This document shows, piece by piece, positions 37,350 through 48,015 of a stretch of 64,000 nt of DNA. Numbering within the stretch: position 1 is the stretch's first letter; each line of letters opens with the position of its first letter. The notes under the pieces were generated by a model. That model had not been told where the DNA came from. It saw nothing but the letters and a program-made list of their open reading frames with translations, and searched no databases. Source of the stretch: Dudresnaya verticillata (Eukaryota); contig OZ374562.1 of assembly GCA_977862235.1 (NCBI GenBank), positions 1,736,001-1,800,000 of the forward strand, given 5' to 3'. Made by a program: the position numbers and the translations under genes.

Positions 37350-40300
37350 AGTGTGAGCGCTATCGAGATACAACTATAAAGTTGTCGCTTCCGTTGGGAC
37401 CTCTGTTGACAATATGACTCAAGTACTTTCAGTTCTGGACACGGGCGCAGGCCCCAATCTCATTAGAGCTGACGCGCTCTCTTTGAACGACCGGAAGAAG
37501 GTTTCCTCGACCCAGTCGATCGTCAACCTCACCTCGGCATCAAGCCACCGCTTACCAACATTAGGAATGATCTCACTCGCCGTCAGGATTGGAATCTACA
37601 CGGTCCGTCAACCCTTCGTCGTGGTTTCGGCGCTAGCCGTCGATATGATTCTAGGATACACCTATATCGATAGCCACGTTGAACAACTTCGAGTTCGTAA
37701 GCAACACGTAGTCTTACGTGACGGTTCGGTACATCCCATTCTACGACGACGATGCGGAATCCCGAGAGCCACACGCTCTGGCGAAACCATGGAGGTCCCT
37801 CCACTAACTACTTCGCGCCTCGTACGAGTTTCTCAAACAACTAACTTACAGCCCGGTTCTGAAACCTGGGTCGCGGTATCCTGCACCGCTAACGGCACAC
37901 ACTTATTGGATTCCTTCCAACGTCTCTACGACCGTCAGCAAGTGGTCGTCACGAATGGAATCGTCAAGATACAAGAGAACGTTCTCTTCCGTGTTAAGAT
38001 CGCTAACTTCTCTCCCCGCGTGCAACGGTTAACCAAGAACCAAGTCATTGGTCGCGCCGTTCCCGCTCCTACGGCCACGCCGGTTTATACTCTTTCCATC
38101 GCCGATGTCCACGCCAATACGGACCCGAAGCCACAGTACTTGAGTCCTCCTGCCGATACATCGTTCGATGCAGAGGGGCAGGGCTAGCTGCTGCTCTTGG
38201 CGCGGCCAACTCCAAAGTAGACGTCAAAACCGCCACTGAGAACACAGTCGACGAATGGGAATTAGAACACCTATGCCCGTCTGACAGACGCCGCGTTCAC
38301 AAAATGTTGCGTCCTTTCGCCGACATGTGGAACGGGAAATTAGGGACCATCAAGGTCACGGAGCATCGCATTGAGCTCACAGAAGGTTCCAAACCTGTAT
38401 TCGCACAACCCTATCGTTCAGGACCGAAAGCGCGACAAGCGGAGCAGGAAGAGGTCGATGAGATGCCAAAGGAAGGGGTCATAGAGCCAGCACGCTCTGA
38501 ATTCGCAAGTCCTGTAGTACTGGTTAAGAATCGTGACGGATACCTCCGGTTCTGTGTCGATTACAGGAAACTGAACGCGATTACCATCAAGGATTCTTAT
38601 CCTATACCGCGCATGGATGAGTGCTTGGACTCGTTGGGCGACGCCCAGTATTTCACCACCCTCGATTGCAATTCGGGCTACTGGAAAATATCAGTTGCGG
38701 CTGAAGATAAGCCCAAGACAGCGTTCACCTGTCATGCTGGTTGCTTTCAGTTCTGTCGAATGCCATTCGGATTGTGCAACGCACCTGCGACGTTTCAACG
38801 AACGGTTGACATCCTATTGTCGGGATACGGATGGAAATCCTGTCTCGTCTATTTGGGTGACATCATAGTCTTTTCCAAGAGTGTCGACGAACACATAGGC
38901 CACATTCAAGAGATACTCTCTATATTGAAGCAAGCAGGCGTATCGCTTCAGCTCAAGAAATATAATTTCTTTACAAAGAGTGTGGAATACCTCGGGCATT
39001 TGATCCGACCAGGGCTGCTAGAGGTGGCTACCAAAAACACCCAAGCTATCGAAGGTTTCAAGGAGCCTACGACTCAGACACAACTAAGGTCGTTTATTGG
39101 ATTGTGTAACTTCTATAGACGCTTCGTACCGAATTTCGTTAGGGTCGCGTCTCCTCTTAATAGACTTCTACAGAAGGATGTTGGGTTCAACTTACCCCCG
39201 TTTGATGAACGGCAACGCTAAGCCTTAGCCCTGTCGAAGAAGGCCCTCATAGCGCCAGCGATCCTCCGACTCCCTAAGGAAGATAGACCTCTCTCGGTAG
39301 ATACCGACGCGTGTGATTATCAGATAGGGTGTGCCCTTATGCAGATGGAGCCAGGAGGCACACGCCACCCGATCGGTTTCTGAAGCCGAGGCCTGACCCA
39401 GGCTGAACGGAATTATTCCGTTGGAGAAAAGGAGTGTCTCGCTGTAGTCTGGGCCACACAAAGGCTCAGACCGTATTTGGAAAGGTCGCATTTTGACCTC
39501 TATACCGACCACCAAGCGCTCAAGTGGATGATGAGTATGACTGAAGCATCAGGTCGCCTAGCGCGCTGGCGCTTGCGACTCTTGGAGTACGACTTCACGG
39601 TTCAATACCGTAAGGGAAATAAGAATCAGATAACGGATGCCGTCTCGCGACTGTCCACTTATGGATTCACCAGTTGGGAACCGGATCTAGAGATCCCTTG
39701 CTTCCTTATCGCCGACAGCGAGCGCGAGGGCTTTCCCAATCGTCCTTCCGAAGGAAAAGCGAGAGCCGACACCGAGCCGCGACCTTTGGAGGTTTGGGAA
39801 GTCGAACCCGAGGACCAATCAGCCGAGTTTGAATTCGAGGATGAGCAGCTGATAGCCACTGTGGTTGAAAAGTAAGTGGACGACAAGAGTCTATCTCTGA
39901 TTACGGTGGAAGAAATACTTCGCACGCAATTGACAGATCCATTCTGCAAGGGTTTAAGCTTGCCATCGAAGCTGGAAAGCCAGGCTGTTACCTCGAAGAC
40001 GAAAGGGGACTTTTAGTCCGACCGTCTTACATCGACGAAACCTTGCAGGTGGTGATGCCTCGGGTCCTTCAAGAACGGGTTCTACATCTGGCGCACTATC
40101 CCGAGATGGCAGGCCATCCCGGTGGCACCAGAATGTATCATAACTTGCGCCGACAGGTCTACTGGCCTGCTATGGCTCTCGCAGTATACGCGACCGTTCG
40201 AAATTGTGTCAAATGCGCTCGGGAACGAGTCCAATTACGACAACATGCTTCGCATATGAAGCTGTTCCCGGCTACGATGCCGTTAGAGTTCGTGGGGATT

Positions 40301-41712
40301 GACATCCTAGGACCGCTACCCCGATCGAGCAAGGGTAACGAGTACGTTCTCGTAATAACCGATCGCTTCTCAAAGCTCACCAGGGCTGTCCCATTGAAAA
40401 CGGTGACGGCTCATACCGTGGCAAGAGCGTTCTGCGAACATTGGGTATACACTTACGGACCTCCCCGCTATGCGTTGTCGGACAACGGCCCGCAGTTCGC
40501 ATCAAAGCTCTTTATAGCCGTCTGTGGCATACTTCGGATCAGGAATCTGTTCACGTCTACTTACCATCCACAGATGAATGGACAGACCGAGAGGTTTAAT
40601 AGAACCTTGTTGACTGGGCTGACACACTTCATCTCCGATAACCAGAAGGATTGGGATGAATTCACGTCGGCTTTGACGTACGCGTAAAACACGACCGTTC
40701 ACCGCGCGACGGGTCTCGCGCCCGTTCATCTGGGTTTATCTAACCCTCCAACGTCCATTATAATGGAAAAAGCCGAGATAGTAGACGTTGACAACGTTCC
40801 AGCGACTAACGTGAAAAAAGGCTGATTACCCGGCTCGAGAAGCCGGTGGATACAGCGTTACCACGCCTGCGGATGGCCCAACGACGATATGAAGTCAACT
40901 TCAACAATTTTATGCGCCTGACTAACCAGAACGTTCGCACAGACCAATGGGCATTTCTCGAGAGAGAAACGAAGATGAAAGACGCCAAAGGCGTGGCTCG
41001 AGACGGGAAGTTGTTTCCGAAAGCCGTAGGCCCCTTAAAGGTGCTCGAACGAGGAACACACACCATCGTTCTACAAAAAGCTGGCGAAAAAGAGTTGGTC
41101 TCTTTGGATCGCGTAACACTGGCCCCTTCACCAAACGATGAGCTCGGCGCTCTTGGGCAAGAGCCCCCTATCGTGGGATCTGGGCCTGACGACGCGGAAC
41201 CAGTAGACCCACCCTTGAGGGCAACGACCCCAAATAACATCTATGTTGAAAGAGCGCCGGCTCAGCCCGACGGTGAGTTGTTAGAAACGATGGTCGAGGC
41301 CGCAGATGCGCCGACTGTCTCGCCTCCACGGCGAGAGACCGATAATATCGATAACGACGCTGGCCCGGTTTCCATAACCACACCCGCTCGTGAGGTTCTC
41401 ATACCGCCTGGATCCGGCGATCGCGCGGCAATGGTATCCAAGGGCAATAGCCCCCCTCGGCCTGATGACGAGCCAGCTGCTACAGAAGCCGACGAGACGG
41501 CTCCCCACGGTAAGTTCTCACGCTTCAAGAAAGCTCCCCCTCGGGAGTATGTTTATGACAAGTTAGTCGGCTACGACGCAGAGTCGGAAATGTACAAGGT
41601 AAGCTGGTACCAGTGCCCTGCCTCGCAGGATACGTGGGAACCACGACGGCATCTCCCGGATAACTTAGTCAAGCGGTATCACCGTAAGAAGGGGATCCCC
41701 CTTCCCGCCTAA
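37350..41712 (+). pseudogene. C2 pol: protease, RT, RNase H, integrase, chromodomain
   Basis: VLDTGAG; FCVDYRKLN, MPFGLCNAPATFQ, YLGDII (YLDD mutated); EKECLAVVW; GHPGG..CVKC, SDNGPQF; EYVYDKL..YKVSWYQC..DTWEP. Confidence 0.95.
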
Positions 41713-41905
41713 CTACTGGTATACCAGTCTGTATATCAGCCTGTGGTCATACGGAAACCCTGTTTCATGTGAGAAGCTCACCTAGTTATCAGTGGCCCGC
41801 CAAGAGTGTATGTTTCGCCCCTTCACTCTGGATAAAAGGGGCGAGTGGGAGTGTAACAAAAGACTGATGTCTTAGAGGAAGAAGCCCCAATGCGATGTAT
41901 AATAT

Positions 41906-42050
41906 GGAAGGTTCAAGACCTGTGGATAGATGAAATGGATAGATGAAACAGAAGGTTCAAGACCTGTGGATAGATGAAATGGATAGATGAAATAGAAGGT
42001 TCAAGACCCCTGGATAGATGATATGGAAGGTTCAAGACCTTGGATAAGTT
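41906..42050. repeat. Minisatellite (GAAGGTTCAAGACC..TGGATAGATGAAAT units, ~30-44 bp) in the C2 spacer
   Basis: Four visible copies of GAAGGTTCAAGACC. Confidence 0.85.
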
Positions 42051-42850
42051 GTAGGAAATGTTGGAAACCATAGGGTACGAGCTCTGGGACGTTGTCACAA
42101 CGCGGAATAAGCAACCTCAGGCTTAGAGCCTCCACTGGGGTGGCGAAGGTGCATGCCCTAATACCATCGATCGCGGGACAGTTAGCTCCCTATGGGCGCT
42201 GTATCATACACGATAATAATCGTCTCTAACAGGTGTCCTCGCACCAGAGCACGAATCGCCCATACAACCTCATGGCTCATAAGCCATGACTCCCTTTTGA
42301 GGGCCCATGACCTATGAGTCCCCCGGCGTCGCTCGCCCCATGCTAACAATGAAAGGAAGGAGGATAGCATCGGCAAGAAGGGAGCGCGACTACCCCTCTC
42401 CATAGAAGGAGGGGTCTCACCCTGAATAAGGCCGCTTGATCAGCAAGGCAGGCGTTGGCGCCAAGTAGAGTTCAACTCTACAGTATGAACCATCCGTACT
42501 GTAGAGTGACTCCCCCTGAGATGGCCACCCTTCATTAGCTATCCACCAGGAAGGAGGCGGATTGCACGACGAATTAAAATTCGTGGAAGAAATATCCGCG
42601 GCACGGAGCCCCCACCGTGGCACCAGACTACAGTGGGTCTTCCAAGGAGTACGACGCGCACTTGCGTCATGATGCCGAGAGTACAGAGCGCTCAGTCGGC
42701 TAAGCTAATAACAGGTCGGCTCCAAGCCGGAGGTGATTCAAGAAGAAGAATTACTTTACGTTAGCGGATAAGCCGCTCTTGCCCAAGTAAGGCGTATTAC
42801 GGGACGGGAGCCTAAGGCGCATAAGGAAGCAAGGCAATTGGGCAACCAAC

Positions 42851-45109
42851 TTAAGCGGACAATAGGTCGATGACCTCGTACTCCTCAAGCGGAGGGTTAG
42901 GCTGCGGAGCCGAGTGGGAAACCACTACGCGACGGACCTCGCGCACAACGCGACGCCCTCGACCAAGTCGACGACTACCGCGTTCGTGACGCGATTCCAC
43001 GTTATTATCACCTCGGCTTCCCGCTCTCGGCTGGTCGATTTCCATCGCATCCACACCTTGAGCCGTCGCGGGAACACCGGGCTCCACTTCGTCCTCTTCT
43101 TTGACGACTAGCTCTGTTTTCACGACCACGTCGTCCCGATCAACTGGAGCCTTCTCGGTCTGGGTCCCCTCTTGAGGATGAAGGGTTATGGGCTTGGAGC
43201 CTTCGTTGCCAAGTGCAGCCGATTTCGATCCCAAAGTCGGGTCTGGTGCACTGTGCTTCATCTTGGTTTGAGAGCCAGTAGGTGGGCAGTCTTCGCCCAA
43301 GAGCTTCCCTGAGGGGACAAAGCCGGCTAACGATGTGGTGGGAGTTTGAGGCGTCACCAACGAGGCGCCAACCTCCTGCTGAAGGTCTCTCTCTACCGGC
43401 TTTGAGGCCGAAACCCCGCCCTTCACCACCGTCGCCGACGATTCCTCCCGTGGCACCATTGCCATGTCCTCGCTCGTCTGAGCACGAGGGTCAAGCCCGG
43501 CGACGCTGGTCGACTCCATCTTGACTGATGACACCCCAATATGACCTATGCCACGACGTGGGGTAGGATCGGCCTTAATGGCGCGTTTGCCAAGTGGCGG
43601 GAGGGACGCGAAGTGAGCACGAAGGCGCTTCATCTGGTCGACAGGACTAGGCGTCCTTATCCACTCATTTTCATAGTCTATCATGACTTCTTCAACCCAG
43701 TCTGCAAGGCTGTGTATGTTCAAGTGACGAAAGTCCCAGTGGGCGAAGAGGCGAATTGCCAGACCACGTCTGTTGAAAACATCTCGGATGAACTGGTCCG
43801 CCTTCGCATACGCGGATGCAGTTGGTGCATGAGGCCTCTGGGCCTGGCCATCAACGGTGCTGTCAAATAGCGGGACATCGTCCGGCGTCTGCGGCCCTGG
43901 CTCACGCCATTTCGCACTAACCCAACCAGTGGTGACGCCGGTCATACAAATGCCTTCGTCGAGAATGAGAGGGCTCTCCTCAGACGGCGCCGGCTGTATC
44001 ATATAGTCGGGCAAAACCGGATGCCACTTAAGGGGGTCAAAGTCAACCCAGTCCCCAGGGTCATAGACCGGTGTGAGATGCCCGGTATTCTCAGGAAGGT
44101 GGCGGTTACGCTTGGAGATATTACTCCACCGGATGCGCTCCACAAAACACAGTAGGGTTTCCAAGTCCTTGGCATCGGCGGCATCCCCCGTCAGCCCCGC
44201 CAGGCCCAGAGCCCTAATTGCTATGCGGAGGGGCTGCCCGATGAAGAACAACAGGCCTCGTCGGGCCTCGTAGACAAAGACTTGGGCCACGAGAACCACC
44301 CACTCGTGTCTGAAGATGCTTCATAGCACAATGTCGTCCATGGCCTTCGCCATCATTTCCAGTCCCAGGTATGCCACGATAGTCGGCACACCCACTGGCA
44401 TGCAATAGGACACTTCATAGTCCTTGTGGTCGTCGGGCACCAGGGGATACTTCCCATTATAGAATTCAGGCTTGATAGCTGAGACTTCCTGGCAGTGGCA
44501 GGGCGCCAGACATCCCGTCTTATGACGCTCACGAAGCTCGAAGCGTACAAACTCTAACGGCATCGCCGTCTGGGGATTGTATAGGGCATACTTCAAATTT
44601 GAAGATTCATCCCACCGCACGACGCGGGCGAGGGTATAGGGGAAGTTATCCCTCCCGACACGAATGAGCGGGCGTTGGTGCATCACCATGCGCAGGTCCC
44701 AGTCCCCCTTTTGATATATTTCTTCCAACATGATAGCCTCCGACGTGTGCTTCTGAGCTAACTTGTTGCTCCAGGGCACCTCGTGCCTAAACCGCACGTA
44801 CGCGAGGTCCCCTTGCAGAGTGCTGGCGTCGCGATCTAAACGGGGAAGGAAACGGTTCATCCCCGTGAGGGCGCTCACCCTAGCCCACATGAGGGAATTC
44901 CACACCCGGCTCTGCGCCACTCGGCTGCCGCGGCGGCGAATCTCTTCGCGACTGGCCCCCGCGCGCACCTTAAGGCGGGCAAGGTCGGTACGCAAGAGCC
45001 AGTCGCGGCTATACGAGACAACCCTCGGCACCCCAGCCGCATCTACTTCGTGGCCTAGCACATGGGCACTGGACACAGCGACCCCATAGGCGAAACGTGG
45101 CGGAGCCAT
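42851..45109 (-). CDS. Antisense extra ORF of C2 (752 codons, one in-frame TGA at 44321-44323)
   Basis: ORFs 44321-45109 and 42851-44299 are in the same frame; the stop aligns to a Trp in the C1 homolog. Confidence 0.75.
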
Positions 45110-45715
45110 TAGAAGCCGGTTCTTGATCTCGGAATTCTTCTAAGATTTCAAATCCTTTTGCGCCGGCTCCACAGTCGACGCGTGTCGACGAGCGCAACCT
45201 GCGAAATCCTTCTAATGCACGGAGGCCTTCTGACTGTCGCCTCCAAAGCCCCCTGTGGGTGACGAGCGCGACCTGAGTATTCTACGACTTCAAAGCAGTC
45301 TCGAATACTGACCGTCGGCTCCAAAGCCGATCCGCAGAAACGACGAGCGCGACCCACACCGAGAGCTTCTGAAAACTTAGTGAGGCACCTCACCAACCGC
45401 GATGGATGAAACGACTCGGCACCGCCGATGACAAAAAAACTACGCTACGTGGTCGGAAGAAGCCCAAAAAGGGTGTAATAGAATACGTCGCACGGCGGAC
45501 GCTGTAGGGGCGGTAAGGACGCTGGTTGAGAACCGCGGCCGGAGTCGCCAGGAAAAGCACGGGCAACAACTCAGGGAGAATCACGTTAGTGTGTCTACAG
45601 CGCCGCGAGGCGGACTGTGTTGGCGTGAGCCTGCGGAGGACGCAACAAGCCGGCGTGTAACGAGGGGTAAATGACGCTGATGGCGATACCGAATGTGGGC
45701 ACGTCCGCGTCCACT

Positions 45716-45987
45716 AGGCGCCGCGGTGCAAACAGCTGGCAGCAGTGCGCATGGAGCGATGTTGCGGACATAGTTAATCCCCAAAGGGCATAGTGCCATA
45801 TCACCTGGAGCCATGCGCGTTTCAGATTAAACTGTACACGTGTTGCCTTTCAGCGCAGGAGCGCTTCAGCAATTAAATAAATCTGTAAGCCAGTCATATC
45901 ACCCGAGCGGTTGTGCACCTGACACTTCTTACAAAGGACTCGTGTCCACGTGGCTCCTTACAGGGTGTCAGTGCCCGTTGTACCACA
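45716..45987 (-). repeat. 5' half of the inverted family-B LTR
   Basis: Reverse complement of 33304-~33570, ending TACCACA; PPT-like GGGAGAGTCTCG adjacent on the minus strand (45988-45999). Confidence 0.85.
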
Positions 45988-46634
45988 CGAGACTCTCCCG
46001 CGTCACCGTGGACTTTGTTATAGCACAGGGTTCGAATCCTTTCTCTACACACGCGGGCAGTTTCTGAGTTTTACTCTGCCTCGGCAGGCTTTCCTTTCTT
46101 TCATTTCCTGTCGGCCTTTTGTCGCCCTTCGATAGGGATGATGGGATCCGGCCGGTACCTACCCGCGTACCGTACGCCCCGTACGCGCTCCGGAATCGAT
46201 GCCGTCGATTCGTACCTGCGGGGGCGCGTGCGGCCTACAACGCTCTACCGCTAGCTACTTATCGACAGGGGCTGTGTGGCTGCCTCGTATCGGTGTCCGC
46301 AGACGTCGGATCGATCCGACGTCTGTGGTATAGCACTAGAAAGCCATTCAACGGATTTCGTAGTGCGACTATACGCCGACGATGTCCTTTGGATCACAAC
46401 TGCTCTATGGGTGATCGTGAAAGCACTTAAAACATGTGAAGACTACCCCGAGCTATTTCCCATGGTTTGAGCAACAGGGCCCGGCAAGAGCTAATTGGTT
46501 CTCAAAACTTGCAAAGAGAGCCTTGGCGAACTACACCCGTTCGCCGGGGGGAACATCATGGCAACGACAAGCAGTGGATATATTGGGGTAAGAATCAGAG
46601 GGAAAGGGATTGCACAAGATTACGGCATCATGAG

Positions 46635-46690
46635 GTATACGGTAGCCCTAAAGAGGTTGACAGTATACGGTAGCCCTAAAGAGGTTGACA
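46635..46690. repeat. Perfect 28-bp tandem duplication
   Basis: GTATACGGTAGCCCTAAAGAGGTTGACA x2. Confidence 0.9.
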
Positions 46691-47169
46691 ATGCTACTAG
46701 AACAAAAGGTTCTCTATTCCTGCGTATTGTCCGGATTTTCTCTCATGATCTACCTTTCCCTCTTTCAAAGTTCGTTCGATTTTGCATCACACTGTACAGT
46801 GGGGGAGAGACTAACGACATGGAGAACAGTAGAGATCTGGACGAGAAAGGAAAGACGGAAAGCAGAGTTGCTACAAACTGAATGAAGAAGGAAAGCGAAC
46901 TGAGGGCATTTACTACCCACCTAAAACAACCATTAAAAGTTTACCAACACTAATATTTGAGGGAGTTCGAGAAGGAAAAGCTCTGCAAATAAATAAAAAA
47001 AGGAAATAAATGAGAAAGCTGAAAGAGGTACTACTGTTCTGCTACACGCTGTACTCATACCAAGGCTATTTCTGTACGTAAATAGTTCTGCGACGATGAT
47101 CCCCCGGTCTCTGTCTAGCCAACTATACGTTGTGAACTGCATTGAAATTTGTATTGAATAAGAACGTAA

Positions 47170-48015
47170 CTAGTATGTTTTCTTCCCAGTGACAACATCT
47201 GCCCATGTCCTATGGCTGGTTTGCGTCGCGGAACTCAAAAAAGGCTCAATTTGCCTTGCACTAAAGGGCCCCTCCGCAATGAGACCAGACGCATTGTCCA
47301 TAGGCCGGTTTTCGTCATTATCGTCGTCAGACGCAGAAGACCATTTCATCGATTTGGACTCGAAGTTGGATAGAGACGGCACATTTCCGGAAGCGATCAC
47401 TTTTTCTTCCATCTCAACATCTACTTCTTTCGGCTCCGGAACTGGAGCTTCGGTGACCTCCGACACGGCATCTGCAGATCCATCCGTGTGAACCAGGGAA
47501 TCGTTCTCACATGTTTTAGTGTTAGAGTGGACAGCATTGTTTGAAGGAATCGGCGCAGTCACAAATGGTGAAACCTGATAAAAGCACTTGCCTTCTTCGG
47601 GAGCAGTCCAAGTCATGGAATCCTGTACGCTAAATTGCATATACGGTCCCAAATGTGCATGAAAGTACATCTCAGATACCGGAAAAGGAACCTGACCGCA
47701 TATAGGCCTCGGAATCTGTGTGGGCAAGGACGGGCGCCAAGCCGGCCTGATACGGTTCATGAACAGGTTAACCTGCACAATGGGTGGGTACCAGTACAGA
47801 AGAAGAGCGACAGGGACATCGTTGCTAACGCCCATCTGGGCCATTCGCGGGAAACGGAGGATATCTGTCAAAGATACCCATCCAAATTCGTCACACAGAC
47901 TGTGCATGAAGAAGTCAATCGGGAAGTTCTCCTGGCTCATGTAGTACTCAATCTGGAAAAGAATAGCTCGCTCCAGAGGGGCAAGGGCTGCACGCGGGAT
48001 GAGGTTGCTGTTCAT
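47170..48015 (-). CDS. La-motif (LAM) RNA-binding protein, LARP-like
   Basis: ILFQIEYYMSQENFPIDFFM...GWVSLTDILRFPRM matches the La domain consensus; disordered C-terminus ending TWADVVTGKK. Confidence 0.8.
   Translation of the reverse strand: MNSNLIPRAALAPLERAILFQIEYYMSQENFPIDFFMHSLCDEFGWVSLTDILRFPRMAQMGVSNDVPVALLLYWYPPIVQVNLFMNRIRPAWRPSLPTQIPRPICGQVPFPVSEMYFHAHLGPYMQFSVQDSMTWTAPEEGKCFYQVSPFVTAPIPSNNAVHSNTKTCENDSLVHTDGSADAVSEVTEAPVPEPKEVDVEMEEKVIASGNVPSLSNFESKSMKWSSASDDDNDENRPMDNASGLIAEGPFSARQIEPFLSSATQTSHRTWADVVTGKKTY

Larger units (their letters stand above)
33304..45715 (+). mobile_element. Ty3/gypsy chromovirus (element C2): 5' LTR, gag-pol-chromo, antisense extra ORF; no forward 3' LTR
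   Basis: LTR 33304-34023 (TGTGGTAC...CTACTACA), PBS TGGTCTCCCGGCCTAGAA at 34025, and a full domain set with stops and frameshifts. Confidence 0.92.

Noticed and set aside
41906..42050. Short repeats with intervening sequence, superficially CRISPR-like
   Set aside because: The intervening sequences are themselves repeated, there are no cas genes, and the context is a eukaryotic retroelement.
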